Notes under the pieces: generated by a model
Told to the model about the DNA's origin: nothing
Database searches by the model: none
Seen by the model: the letters and a program-made list of their open reading frames with translations, nothing else
Source of the DNA: Corallochytrium limacisporum Hawaii
Taxonomy: Eukaryota > Protista > Pluriformea
DNA: 64,000 nt
NCBI GenBank assembly: GCA_002811645.1
Contig: PDIP01000087.1
Coordinates: 1-64,000, forward strand
Direction of reading: 5' to 3'
Position numbers and translations under genes: made by a program
Part shown: one piece after another, positions 11,696-24,125 of the stretch
Numbering within the stretch: the stretch's first letter is position 1
Layout of the letters: each line of letters opens with the position of its first letter

Positions 11696-14640
11696 TTTTC
11701 TCTCTCTCTGTCTCCGTTGGCACACGAGTTCTTGCCTGCTTCCTGTGCCTCGGGCGGCGTGCCTTTTGTCCATTTGCGGTAGAAAGGGTATGGCCGTCCC
11801 TGCGCTCAGTAACGAAACTGTTTGGAACGAGAAACAAGGCACGGAGATGTGAAGAAAAAATTCAACCAATTTTTTCTCCGTTGGGGATCGTTTGATATTA
11901 CATATTATATAGTGAATGAACTGTATATCCTGGATGCTGCACACGCAACAGAACGAGTTTTTGCCTCCCTCTGTGAATCCAAACAAAAACAAAAATTGAA
12001 AGGTCAAGTGGTAGGGAGTGATACCACCACCACCACCACCACAGGCCTCGAAGATCATATGCCTTGCCATATTATAGGACAAAGGGGGGCAACACACAGG
12101 TAACACAACAATCTGGCCCCCGCTGTTTGCTCTTTTCGGGCGAGCGAGAACACCAAAAAAAGAAAAGAGAGAACAAGAAAAATGGAGAAGAGTAGAGCAT
12201 CCTACGATAATGTTCTGTCCCAGGTGCAATACCATCAAATTATTCATATATTTAGTACGTACCGAACGATCTTCGTCAGGGCCCCCGGACTGTCTCTACG
12301 GTGTTCTCCTTTTCTATTTTCTTTGTTTTGGAAGATAGACGTGTGGCGAAACGTAGGACGTAGACCATGCGCGTCACCTGAGGTGCGCAACCACGGCTCA
12401 GCTGACCCCGGGACACGGGTTATTTTTTTTTTTCTTTTTAGCTTCACTGACACTACTCTTGGAATATAAGCCTCGCCCTCCTCTCCCCCCCCCCTTCTGT
12501 GTCTCTTTTCCTCTCCCTTCTCTTCTTCGCTCTCTCATGTCCCTCGCTCTGCGTGTGTCGGTTGTGCCCAGGGTCAGGCACCATTGGGGGAACTGAGGAT
12601 CATCGTCGGGCAGGCATGGTGTGACATTGTTGAGGGAAGAGATGAGCCTGGTGTGCTAACGAGGTTGACGTTGGGGTTTGCTATGTTTGGAGGATGCTGG
12701 ATGTTGTTCTGTCTTCTTCCCCCGGTTGTTGTTAAAACATGTGCCCGCTCGGATGCTTAGGCCTCGTGTGCCATCGGCCTGCAAGAACTTCGATCTCCCA
12801 TCCAGTGCGTGGTTTCACAGAGTCATTGACCGTCCCTTCCAAACGGACATGGCACAGCATCGTAAAGCACACTGCCTTTCTTGCTCAGTGCGCTGGCTGT
12901 GAGTTCCAAACACACAAGACCAACAAGAACAGCAAACGCCCACCACAGTCTACAAGTTTACGTTTCCCCGATGGCAAAACAAAACCCATGTCCTTGCCCC
13001 CCCCCCCCCCCGGGGGCGCCCCGGGTAAGCGAGGAAGGATGGGACACGCACGCACCCCCTGCGCAATTTGCGATGAAACGCAGCGCTTAGTCACTACCAT
13101 AATCAATTCCTCATCTTATATCGCCCTAATACACACAAACCAAACAGATTTGGGTGGCTGGCTAAACCCCGGGTCCGGTTTCCTTTCCATCGTGTTTTAG
13201 AAAAGAAAAAAAGGAAAAAAAAAAAGAGAGAGAGAGAGAGAAAGGGGGAAGGGGGGAGGGCGGGCCGGTAAGCAACGCGAGGGCATATTTTTCTACTCCC
13301 GCTGGCCTGACAGCTCCCTTCCCCCCTCCCGGGGTCTCTGCTTTCTTCTTCTGCTCCTCGTTTCTCACCTTCCCTTCCTTTTTCCCATTTTTTTCACTGT
13401 CCGTTTTTTTTCATTTTTTTTTGTTTTTGGGACAAACAAAAGGAAACAACGAGCCAAAAGAGAAAAGGAAAAAGAAAACAGCGAAATCAGACCCCGGTTC
13501 TTTGGCTATGGAGCAATGGCTCGCGAAGGCGAGGGGAGGCTGGGTGTGGTTGGTCGGTCTCCGGCACAATCCAAAAAGACAACAAAAAGAAAAGAATTAT
13601 TAGAGGTGGTGTTTGGAACGTAGTAAAATAAGTATGACTATGCAGAGCTGATAAATAGGTCTTTGGAATTTTCAAATCGTAGTAAAATAGTAGTTGGCAA
13701 GGAAATATTGTAAATAAAAATTAGACGAGGAGGAGGAAGGGGATAAAGGGGAAAAAAGACAAAGAACATTGACTATAGCCAAGGCAGGAAAGATCATTCG
13801 TGGTGTGGAAACAGAAAAGGAAAGGGGGAAGGGGTCTCACCGGCACGGGGCCCCTTCTCGCCGGTGGAGGTTCGGGGGTAGGGGAGAGGAGGGGAAGAGA
13901 CCCCCCCCCCCCGAAACCTTAGAAGAGAGAACTTTTAATAACAGAAAGGAAAATGTTTGGTATTTTTGGTCGGTTTTTAACCGTACGGACGATGGGGGTC
14001 TTGCGTGGCGTGAGGTAAGGGGGAGGGGGGGGGTTAAAACTCTTTGGCTGCTCTCCCCCCCCCCCCGCGGTTCTCTCTCCCTGCCTTTCATCTCTCCCTC
14101 TCTTCACCAAGAGAACACCCTTTTGAAAAATTTGAATAGTAAAAAAAATAGAGGAGAAAAAAATGAAATACCGAGAGCCAGTAGAAGGTGTGTGGGTGGG
14201 GAAGAAGAAGGGGGGGCAGTCTTCTCCCTCTCATCTCTCTCATCTCCCTTGATTTTCTTTTTCTTCCCTCTGGCCTTTTCAAACCGCCCGATTTATTTTC
14301 CCTTTTTCTCTCTTATTTCTTTTCCTTTGTCGTTTTCAACTTTGGGTGCGCTTCCGTTGGTTGCAGGGTCGTTGTAGCGTGAGTGAGTGCGGGGACGTGT
14401 GTGTAGGTCCGTTTTGTGTCCTGGGTTGTGTGTGAGCTGTCGCGTTCGCTTTGCATCGCATTTCACTGCTTCTTTGCTTTCTTGGTCCACTCGGGCGAGA
14501 AGGGAACCGTCACAGGTATATCAAGGGATCCTCAATAGATCTGCAGCTCGCGCACGGTTGTGATCGTTTCATGTTCTCAGTGCTTGCTTTGCGCAGTCGA
14601 AAGAACAACAAGTCTCCAAGAACACTTAGACATTCAGATC

Positions 14641-16632
14641 ATGAAGGTCCTCGCCGCCTTCGCGACCATGGCTTTGGTTAGCCAGGTCGCTGTTGCTGAA
14701 ACAGGGTCCAAGCAGAGGCCCAACTTCCTCTTCATCGTCACTGATGAGGAGCGGCAACCGCCGGCATACACCCCGGAGGACGTCAAGGAATGGATCAACA
14801 ACCTTCCCGGTAAGACCTCTCTCGACAAGTTCGCCACGCACTTTGTCAGCCATCGCACGAGTGCCACGGCGTGCACTCCATCTCGCACTACGCTCTACAC
14901 CGGCCACGTCCCTGCTGTCCACGGCGTGAGCCAGACGTACGGCATTGGCAAGGAAATGACCGACCCGGGCATGAGCTGGCTAGATGTTGGTACTCTGCCG
15001 ACAATGGGCGACTACTTCCGTGCTGCGGGCTATGATACGTACTACATTGGCAAGTGGCACATTAGTTATGAAGATTTGCAGGACGAAGAGGGATACATCA
15101 TCGATGATCCCGATCCGTACCGCAAGGCGAACGTGCTGGACAAGTTTGGCTGGAACCGTTGGATTGGACCCGAGCCACACGGTGCCGCGTTCAAAAACAC
15201 CGGATGGATGCGTGATCCTGAATACATTGCCGACTATCTGGACCTGATCAAGGAGAAGGAAGAGGAGGCAAAGAAGGCTGGCGGAGCGGACAAGATCAAA
15301 CCGTTCATCATTGCCCTCAATCTGGTGAATCCGCATGACATTGTGTTCCCTGACATGGCCTGGCGCGCAGCCAACAAGGCCCCGCTCTACGACAATGAAA
15401 CGCCCAAGGTGCCTCTTGCACCGACCCACCGGGAGAACCTGCTCGGTAACAACAAACCACCCGTTCAGACCGACTACCTCAACAAGATGGGTTTGGCTAT
15501 GTTCTACCCGCTGATCTGGACTGACTTCATGCGCTTCTACCTCTTCCTCATCAAAGAGGTCGACAGGCACATCAAAACTGCTGTCCAGGCCATTGATGAT
15601 TCCGTGTTTGGCTCCAACACTATCATTCTGCACACTGCGGACCACGGTGACATGCAGGGTGCCCACGGTGGTATGATCCAGAAGTGGCACCAAGCCTACG
15701 AAGAGACCGTGAACATTCCTCTTGTTGTGCGGGACCCTCGCATGGACAATGCCAGCCGAGTCAAGAACGTTACCGAGCCGACCCAGTCTATTGACATCCT
15801 GCCCACCATGTTTGACCTGGCCGACATTAAGTTCTCCGATGTAGCACCGAAACTCAAGAAGTCCCACTCTGAGGTCCATGAGTTCAAGGGACGTTCCCTT
15901 GCTAAGCTCATGAAGAAGGCGACACACGATACCGCTATCAAGAGCTTTGGTGAAGCTAACCCCACCTACTACCAGTACGATGACCAGATCACAAATGGTA
16001 AGGAACGCCTGGGTGCTCCGGCACGGATCAACCCAGTCATGCGATTGATGGGCAACTGGGAGTACGATGCTGTTGAGGGAACTGTGAATATTGAGGGCAT
16101 TGTCTTCAAGCGTGACAGTGACGGGCATGTGATTAAGTTTTCCCGCTACTACGACGACCCCCAGTACTGGTCCGAACCCTTCGTCCAAGACGTCTACACC
16201 GTCAAGAGCGGCGTCTTTGCTTTGCCTTACATTACAGACTACGGCAAGACCAGGACGAAGACAGTACCTTACCCCGAGGAGTACGAGATTTACGATCTGG
16301 CCAATGACCCCTATGAGGAGTACAACCTGGCCGCCACCACTGAAGGTAAGGCCATGCTCAAGGATCTCCTGAGCAAGCTGGATGGTGCCCGCAAGAAGTA
16401 CCGCGTAGAACGCAACACCCCTCTACCGCCTCCTGCGCTGCGTCCCAAGAATCTTCCGATGCTCGTCAAAGAGCACGGGGATGTCCCCACTGGTGTGCTT
16501 GTCCTCGGCTACACTGTTGTCACCGTGGTCTACGGTACTGGTTTCCTTTTGATCATGGGTGTGTATCGCTACCTGGCCGGCAGCAAGCAGCCAGCCCCTC
16601 GTCCAACCAAGGGCAAGAAGAAGATTCACTAA
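14641..16632 (+). CDS. Cys-type (formylglycine-dependent) sulfatase, type I membrane protein, 663 aa
   Basis: ATG 14641. Signal peptide MKVLAAFATMALVSQVAVA; motifs RPNFLFIVTDEE, CTPSR..LYTG, GKWH, NPHD and ADHG; C-terminal TM helix; KKKIH di-lysine tail. Confidence 0.9.
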   Translation: MKVLAAFATMALVSQVAVAETGSKQRPNFLFIVTDEERQPPAYTPEDVKEWINNLPGKTSLDKFATHFVSHRTSATACTPSRTTLYTGHVPAVHGVSQTYGIGKEMTDPGMSWLDVGTLPTMGDYFRAAGYDTYYIGKWHISYEDLQDEEGYIIDDPDPYRKANVLDKFGWNRWIGPEPHGAAFKNTGWMRDPEYIADYLDLIKEKEEEAKKAGGADKIKPFIIALNLVNPHDIVFPDMAWRAANKAPLYDNETPKVPLAPTHRENLLGNNKPPVQTDYLNKMGLAMFYPLIWTDFMRFYLFLIKEVDRHIKTAVQAIDDSVFGSNTIILHTADHGDMQGAHGGMIQKWHQAYEETVNIPLVVRDPRMDNASRVKNVTEPTQSIDILPTMFDLADIKFSDVAPKLKKSHSEVHEFKGRSLAKLMKKATHDTAIKSFGEANPTYYQYDDQITNGKERLGAPARINPVMRLMGNWEYDAVEGTVNIEGIVFKRDSDGHVIKFSRYYDDPQYWSEPFVQDVYTVKSGVFALPYITDYGKTRTKTVPYPEEYEIYDLANDPYEEYNLAATTEGKAMLKDLLSKLDGARKKYRVERNTPLPPPALRPKNLPMLVKEHGDVPTGVLVLGYTVVTVVYGTGFLLIMGVYRYLAGSKQPAPRPTKGKKKIH

Positions 16633-17804
16633 TTTTTTCGGTCAAGCACATAAACATAGACTCACACATAAATGTCTCTTTGTCAATCCAACATCACAAG
16701 CACCGACTACGAAATGTACCCTCAAACAGAACATTGCATCCATGTCTTTCGGGCTAGGATACAATACACAGTCGGGCACCGAAGGCACCGATTCAGTGTC
16801 GTGTTTGCTCCACCGTGGCAAACCCTCTCCGGACCCGACTCGCACGGCCCATTAAACCCAATACACTCAATACCCAAATTCCGCTCCGTCGTGACGAGAT
16901 GATTTCACGCGGATGAATGGCGGCCTCCCACCCTCCCCTCTTCTCGACCTAATCTCAGGGCTCTCAACTTCCACGGGTGCCAGACGGGTTTCGAAGGCCC
17001 CCCTTCCCCGGGGGGGGGGGGAGCGAGCTAACCCTCCCGGCTTTTCCTTCACTCACACTCTCTCTCCCTCCCCCGGGGCGTGACGTAGTGGAGAAATTAG
17101 AGAAAAGAACAAACTTGCCCCCCTCTCCGCGCACACGCACACGCCCCCCCCCCCCTTGGGTGTGTGCCAGCAGCAGGGGACGAAGCGCTTCAGTTTTTCC
17201 CAGCGGAAGAGAGGGAAGGCTGGCACTCCAAATTTAAACCTTTCCGGCGGTCCGTGCGTGCCTGGGTGGATGCAAAGGGCAAAGAAAGACCCTCCGGGGT
17301 TCCATCTTCCCCCACCACTAAAAAAAAAAAAAAAAAAATAGAACTAGGCCCGTTCGTGCGAGCAAATAAATTCCCCCCGGGAGGGGGGGGATTCCCATCC
17401 ATCCACCTCGGAAGTAAAGATCTATCTTGCAAAGGAATCCCCCCCCCCCCAAATTTTCCACAGCCGTGTACGTAGGGACCGATGATGGAGTGCGCGTGTC
17501 CCTATGTGTTTTTTTGGGATGCCCGCCGGATCGAAACCAAGGAGTTCGCAAGGCTGATTTGACATGGAAGCGAGGACTGATGTGGGGCTTATGTTATTCA
17601 CGTGTAGCAGCACGACATGTGATCCGTTGATAAACGTACTTCAGAAAGAGAGTTAGTCAGCTTTTGTCACCCTCAATACTTGGAAACAAGATTTGTTTTT
17701 GTTTTGTTCACAGGGGACACAGAGGAGCGGAAGTTTGTTCTTAGTACGTTTCCGTCAAGTTGCGCGAGATCTAGAGTGCTGGTTCGCATGAAATCTTGGT
17801 ACTC

Positions 17805-19160
17805 ATGAAAATACACAGTGTTTTTCTGGCCTTAGGGCTAACGCTCGCCAGTACGAACACCGTAGCTGCAGAATCTGGCGCTGACAAGTACATGCCTGAG
17901 GCCCAGGGAGATGTTGCGTGTAGTGATGCGTTAGCCACCTCGACGGTCGCAATCATGGGCGGTACGGGCAAGCAGGGCCTTGGAGCAGCCATTGAGCTAA
18001 TTCGTCTCTTTCATGAGCGTGGCAATTTCTCAGAACAGGCCCTTGAGCTGCGCTTGCAGACGCGTGAGCCTAATAGTGAACGTGCTCGGGCTGCCAAAAA
18101 GCAGCTCGAGTCGCAGATTGGTACAAAGGCAGACGCGTGCGTCACAATTCAATGGGTAAAATCTGACCCTTACGATGAGCCTGAGAATCTGAACCACCTT
18201 TTTCACAACGTGGACGCGGTCTTTGCTCAAACCTTCGGAAAAGTGTATGCGGGAGATGTCAAGGACGGCTCTAACGGGGAACATCCGGAATCCAAGGCCG
18301 CACGAAACATTGCTCAGGCAGTTCTCAGGGAGAATGCTCGAAACCGTTATTCGGACGCTGAAGGACAGCACCCAAGCCACCATGGTGTGCAAATGCTGAT
18401 CTTCAGTGGGGGAGCTAAGACCAAAGAATCTGCGCTCAACGCCAAATGGAACGCGGAGCTCCGACTCTTTGCCGAGTTCAAGCAAGAGCTCGACCACGCT
18501 CCGAGCACGGTTATTGCCATCCATACGAGCATCTTCATGGAAGATATGCTTTTTAAGGATGGCAAGCCACTCCTTCAAAAGGTAACAGATCCCAAGTCAA
18601 AGTACACGCACACAGTTACGGGACATCTCATGTTGGACGCGCGCGTTCCTATGGTTGGTGCTGGGGATGCGGGTGCCGCTGTTGGGCGTCTGATCATGGA
18701 CAAATTAGTACCACCTCCGCCGAAGGTCGTGGCTGACGACGATTGGGATGACGATGACAGATCCAGACTGACAGCACTCACTCTGTTTAAGCAGCGGGCA
18801 ACGGAAATGTCCACCGACGATAAACACTTCTTCGCAATCTTTGACTTGGTTGGGGCATTCGCGCCGCCCATGGAATTTGTCATCGAACTCGAAGAGGCTT
18901 TGAACCGTCGCGCAAGAAAAGCAAGGGCCTTTAAGCTTGACTACGTCTTTGATGACCCGAAGAAGTTTCTGCAGTCCGAAGAAACCGCTCCCATACACAC
19001 CTTGTATCAATGGTACAGAGAGGGGGCAGATGTACCGCTTGCGCGAGCACATACTTTCGTCGGTCAAACCATGGATGTCTTCCACAGCGGTCCGGTACGG
19101 CATCTTGTGGCATGGACCAATGAGAAGGGATTGGAGGTATTTGATGAGTTGGTCGGATAG
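17805..19160 (+). CDS. NmrA-like / atypical SDR NAD(P)-binding protein with N-terminal signal peptide, 451 aa
   Basis: ATG 17805. Hydrophobic leader MKIHSVFLALGLTLASTNTVAA; Rossmann motif VAIMGGTGKQG; NmrA-like VDAVF, AKW.AE, IFMED and PMV..GD.GAA segments. Confidence 0.7.
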   Translation: MKIHSVFLALGLTLASTNTVAAESGADKYMPEAQGDVACSDALATSTVAIMGGTGKQGLGAAIELIRLFHERGNFSEQALELRLQTREPNSERARAAKKQLESQIGTKADACVTIQWVKSDPYDEPENLNHLFHNVDAVFAQTFGKVYAGDVKDGSNGEHPESKAARNIAQAVLRENARNRYSDAEGQHPSHHGVQMLIFSGGAKTKESALNAKWNAELRLFAEFKQELDHAPSTVIAIHTSIFMEDMLFKDGKPLLQKVTDPKSKYTHTVTGHLMLDARVPMVGAGDAGAAVGRLIMDKLVPPPPKVVADDDWDDDDRSRLTALTLFKQRATEMSTDDKHFFAIFDLVGAFAPPMEFVIELEEALNRRARKARAFKLDYVFDDPKKFLQSEETAPIHTLYQWYREGADVPLARAHTFVGQTMDVFHSGPVRHLVAWTNEKGLEVFDELVG

Positions 19161-19320
19161 TGTGACATGATGCTAGCCCTTTATCAAAACCCTAGGAGAG
19201 GAAAACCTGCTGTATCTCGACGTTACATTGACCTGACTATCAAAGCTGAATGTGAGAGGCTTTGAAACACGATATTCCAAATGTTTCAAAAATACTATAG
19301 GTACATCTATTCACTAACAT

Positions 19321-21183
19321 TCACGTCCTAGAAACAACCTGATGTTCTTGGGTTTTCTTCCAATCCTCTTTCACTAGTACATATATAGACGTGGCCAGCC
19401 CACCATTCTCACTGTCAAAGACCTTGAGCACACGTAGTGGACTGTTACGTGTGACCAGGCCTCCAGCAACCTTTTCTTCACCGGCAGCGCTTCTCGCACC
19501 TTTTGGTTGCCCATCCTTCTCTGGCAGCGCCACGCCCGCGTGACGCAACGAAGTCCGCATACCGCCACGTTCCGACGTCAGGAGGACAGCTATACCCCCC
19601 ACGCGAAGCATTCGGCCTAGCTGACGTAGAAACCGTGGATAGAGGCGACGGTTGGAGTTGTAGCTGCCGTGGCGCCGCCCGTATGGCAGGTCACTGACGA
19701 CGAGATCGATGCTGCAGTCTTTCCAGGGACCCTGAGTGGCATCAGCGCAGACGAGGCCAAGGTTAGCAATCCGTGCAGTTCCCGTCCCCGAGAAAGCGGT
19801 AGTGAAGAAATTGTAGTTCTCCTTGCATGGCGTGAGGCCCTTTGTGTCAAAGTCAGAACCAAGCGCGAGGGTCACCGCAGGATATAGGCGTGCCGCTTCC
19901 ATAGGTATGACGCCTGTTCCTGCCATAGGATCGAGCATGACAAGGCCTTGGGATTTCTGCACAGCACCCTCGTCGTCAAGTTTCTGGAGTCTCTCCTTCC
20001 TCTTCCTTTGCTTGGCCTTCTGCAGCTCGTCCAGCCCGAGTAGAACCATTGTCGATGCGATCGATCCAGAGAGTGCAGTCCTGCCTTTGTGCGGGTAGGC
20101 CACGCCGTGGTTCTTGTCTAGCGTCACACCCAGCATCAGCCGACAATTGGTCGATCCGGCAGGCCTATGCAGTATCATGGCCAGATCCAACGACGCTTCT
20201 TTCAGTTTGACATCGTAGTTGTATCGTTGGCACGGGCCTGTGGCGAGCTGGCCCGCAGCTTGGACGGACGCGCCACGCTGGCCGTGATTCCGCTCATCAT
20301 CCGGGTACACATGAGCTGATCTTGCCCTCATGGCGGTCACGCGGAAGTAATGATGTCGGTGCATGCCGCTGGCGTCCACGTCGGAAGTACTTGTCCATTG
20401 TGTCTCAGTCGACGGACCTCCATCACGCTCAAGTGTAGCAGCTACGACGCGCTCCCTTGCACCTTGTGGTGTCCACGCGAGGGTCGATGCATGTCCGTGA
20501 ACATAATGGTGGTCCAGCAGGCGTACTGCAGCCTCGTACTTGGGCCAAAGTCCTTCGTCGTCGAAGAGGGACATCAGTGTAGCGGAAAAAGGCCGCTGGT
20601 TGTCCGTCGTGCTTCGATCAGTTTGACCTTGGTCCCGTTCCTGATCCTTTCCTTTCTCCACTTGTTTGATGATCTTTGTCCACATGACCTCCTTGGTGTC
20701 TCTGAATTGCGGCAAATGGATCGTATCGACGTATGCCAGCAACTGACTGGCAACCCGCACAATGGGTTGATCTGCAGCAGTTGCTTCAGCGTCAAGCAGG
20801 GAGCTGTAGCTTGCCTCGAAAACCACTGTGCCTGGCACGGTCACAGGATCTTCCGAGCCTTCGAATGCATTTGGATCCATGGCTGATCCGATGAACTCTT
20901 TATCACTGTCTGGGTCCTCCATGAACTTCGCTGCCCGTTTTGATGGGGTGAGGCCCCGTTGGTATTGTCCCTTGTTCGAGCCGAAATCATAATCCTTGAT
21001 CTTCTCTCTGCGGTGAGGTTTCAGCTGCTTGCGCTCTTCTCTACTGAGATCCCATGCTTGTCGAGGCAACAGGCGCTCACAATAGTTGCCGATTAGTTCA
21101 GATCCCTTCACGTTACGCAAGATATCTTTAGCAGCAATGTGTTCCAGACCGACAGGTACAATTGCTATGAATTTGGCGCGCAT
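19321..21183 (-). CDS. THUMP-associated SAM-dependent RNA methyltransferase (THUMPD2/3, Trm14-like), 620 aa
   Basis: N-terminal VPVGLEHIA; motif I LDPMAGTGVIPMEA; motif IV DLVVSDLPYG; LYPRFL..LGRML. Confidence 0.75.
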   Translation of the reverse strand: MRAKFIAIVPVGLEHIAAKDILRNVKGSELIGNYCERLLPRQAWDLSREERKQLKPHRREKIKDYDFGSNKGQYQRGLTPSKRAAKFMEDPDSDKEFIGSAMDPNAFEGSEDPVTVPGTVVFEASYSSLLDAEATAADQPIVRVASQLLAYVDTIHLPQFRDTKEVMWTKIIKQVEKGKDQERDQGQTDRSTTDNQRPFSATLMSLFDDEGLWPKYEAAVRLLDHHYVHGHASTLAWTPQGARERVVAATLERDGGPSTETQWTSTSDVDASGMHRHHYFRVTAMRARSAHVYPDDERNHGQRGASVQAAGQLATGPCQRYNYDVKLKEASLDLAMILHRPAGSTNCRLMLGVTLDKNHGVAYPHKGRTALSGSIASTMVLLGLDELQKAKQRKRKERLQKLDDEGAVQKSQGLVMLDPMAGTGVIPMEAARLYPAVTLALGSDFDTKGLTPCKENYNFFTTAFSGTGTARIANLGLVCADATQGPWKDCSIDLVVSDLPYGRRHGSYNSNRRLYPRFLRQLGRMLRVGGIAVLLTSERGGMRTSLRHAGVALPEKDGQPKGARSAAGEEKVAGGLVTRNSPLRVLKVFDSENGGLATSIYVLVKEDWKKTQEHQVVSRT

Positions 21184-23843
21184 TGTTGACTCTGGTATGC
21201 TGGAATTGGCATATTGTTGGGCTGCATAGGCACCTTAGATCCAACCAAGCTCTCACTAGAACCACTAGCTATGAACGAAAGCAAAACCGGTGCGAACGGG
21301 GTACTAAAGGTTACCTTTCAGTGTTTACTGCGTCGGCTTATTAAAAATGTACTCGAAACCCACTCTGGTTTTTCAAGTTTCGTCTCGGATCACGCTGCAA
21401 GTAACTGCTTAACTACTGAAGTGAATACGAACTCAGTGCACATTCAGACACACTAGGACATAATTGGCGCTTGACCAAAACGGTCCATTGTTCAGCCATA
21501 TGCTCAATGAAAAGAATTTCTTCGCACCAAGTGTCCTCGTGTAGACTTCAATTTAGTAACCGTTTGCCGAAGTCCGAATGAGCACGCAAATTTCAGCTCA
21601 CGACGTAGCTCTGGTTTTCCTTATGTGCGCCGCTTGCAGGTCGTTGTTTTTCCTTGCTCTGCACGCCAGGGCCGCACACACACACACGCATCGCCCCGTC
21701 ACCCGCTTTCGTCACGCATCCCCCCCCCCCTCTCCTTCCTTTCTACGACCCTTCCCCCCTTTCCCCCCCCCCGGCTCCGAAAATCGNNNNNNNNNNNNNN
21801 NNNNNNNNNNNNNNNNNNNNNNNNNNNNNNNNNNNNNNNNNNNNNNNNNNNNNNNNNNNNNNNNNNNNNNNNNNNNNNNNNNNNNNNNNNNNNNNNNNNN
21901 NNNNNNNNNNNNNNNNNNNNNNNNNNNNNNNNNNNNNNNNNNNNNNNNNNNNNNNNNNNNNNNNNNNNNNNNNNNNNNNNNNNNNNNNNNNNNNNNNNNN
22001 NNNGCTCCCCCCCCCCCTTGCCGGCCCACCGCCCGCGGTCCGGCGGGGGACGGAGGGAGATCTGAGACTCTTGGGGCCCGAACGCGGTGGTCACTTGCAT
22101 CGCTCTGGTTGTGGAACAATGCTACCCGTGCCGTTGAAGTAATTGGACATGATTTTCCGTATATTATAAACCCCTCAATTTGTTCAATTTTTATTAACTA
22201 GAAAGGGGAATGATAGACTAAACTTATAAAATAAAACGTTCCGTATATGAAATTTGAAAAGCGGCGTGGCCCCTCCACGGCGGTAAGACCACAGGTGCCG
22301 GTTGGGGAGATCGGGAAGTATGCGAACCGTTTCTTGTACTGGTCTCTAATCTGTTATTGTGATGATGATTACAGCATCCCCCGTGCTCAGTCACCATCAC
22401 CTATCGGTACACGAGAAAGTAAATATTTTTTTGCAGTAAAACATTATTAGTAGCTACCTATGCGCATCTTCGTGCCCATGGTTTATCACCTTCGGTGACG
22501 TGCCATCCAACGGGGGGACATAGAATACCCATACAACGTTCAGATCTTACATGTTTCGTACGGGTTTGGTTCTCTTCATAAGCAAGGAGTGGGTCCGCGT
22601 GTGGTTCCCAATGTTCTCCAAGAGACAGGTCCCAGTTCGGCATTGGATGGTCAGAAATCTCTCTTGTGCGATCGGTCAGAAGGTCTTTCGATGCGAGAAG
22701 TCCACCATTGCCTTAGGACAAGGTCTGGTCAAATCTAGAACACACGCAGTGATGAGTTCTCTCCTGTGCTTGACCGGACAATGCCAAGGAGTTCCTGCGC
22801 AATCAAACCCATCTCATCGTACACAGTGTGTAGTAAGTGGTGAGTCCCTGAACAATACACAAACGGCATTCCTTGTCCATTTCGTTTAGCATACTCTGCA
22901 CTCCTAATGATGATGATGAGGATTGTTGTGGGTCGAATATTAGAAAACCAGGAGTAAGGTGAACCGGTAATCACTGCGCGCGGCGCCCGGATCGACCTTT
23001 TCAGGTTTAGCCTGGGCGGTGCCAATGCTGGGTCCAGCCAGATAGTCAAAGACAATTCGCAATTATACCCCAAAATGTCTCTTTGAAAGTCCCATAGTAA
23101 TTGAACCGCTAATATAATGCAAAGGCAACAGTTCAACAATTGGGCTACGGGGTGGGCGCCCTTCTATATTACAAATTAGGCAGCGGAAATAATGGGAAAC
23201 AAGTGCAATTTTTTTCGTGCGAGGCGACCTGCCATAAAAGAGGTCGAGACGGGACCAGAGAAAACCAGCACAATCACACTATGTCTCGTAATGAAGCACA
23301 GGTGTCCTAAATTGAGGCCCGGGCCCAAAAAGGGACTATAATCTTGGGTTTTTGGCATGGGATCCGAATGATTAGAGGCCACGCGAGCGGGAGGCTAGGG
23401 AAACGAGAGGGGGGGAGAGGGGGGAAGGGAAGCTGATTTTATTTTTCCGACTTCTCCTGAGCCTCTCTATACTGAATATATTGGACTTTGTGTGACACGA
23501 GGCAGCAATGACTGAGTTGGGTAATGAAGGGGAAACGTTCGAAAATTTCAAGTATAAGGCTTCACAGCGTGTGCATATGCTGCTGTGTGGCGTGACAAAT
23601 CCACCAATTTTGGTCATAGCATCTCTCTGACTGAGCTGAGAGTACTAGTGTAGATTCAGGGTCTTGCATTTTGTAAGAGGTGGGTACGGCTTTGCATGCT
23701 GGTACACTCGGGTATTTAAAGGATCTTCGTACCGCCCACCCCGGACTGGAAGATTTGATCACTATCAGTACCAAACACAAAATACCTTACACGGGGGTCG
23801 TTCACAAGGACTAAAACAACTACAAACACAAAACCAATCCATC

Positions 23844-24125
23844 ATGATCTCCCAGATTGCTGTCAACGCTCTTTCCATGGCCGACGAGATTGTCCTCATG
23901 TCAAGCTCTGACGCAAACGCTGCGACCGGACAGGACGGTACTGATTCCACTTCTGACAGCGGTTCTAGCCTGAGCGCTGGTGCCATTGCTGGTATTGCCG
24001 TTGCTGCTGGTGTTGTTGTCGTCTGCGTTGCCGGTATCACCTACTCACGCTTCTCACGCTTGAGCAAGAAGACTCCTGAGACTGAAGACTCTCAGGGTGC
24101 CATTGACCCCTCTATGATGGCCTAA
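23844..24125 (+). CDS. Small single-pass membrane protein, 93 aa
   Basis: ATG 23844 after an AC-rich leader. S/T/D-rich N-terminal part, TM helix LSAGAIAGIAVAAGVVVVCVAGITY, basic juxtamembrane RFSRLSKK; biased codon usage. Confidence 0.7.
   Translation: MISQIAVNALSMADEIVLMSSSDANAATGQDGTDSTSDSGSSLSAGAIAGIAVAAGVVVVCVAGITYSRFSRLSKKTPETEDSQGAIDPSMMA

Noticed and set aside
14980-16188. Long antisense ORFs (also 30789-31952, 34369-35379, 44724-45932)
   Set aside because: They are shadows of codon-biased genes on the opposite strand, with no motifs.
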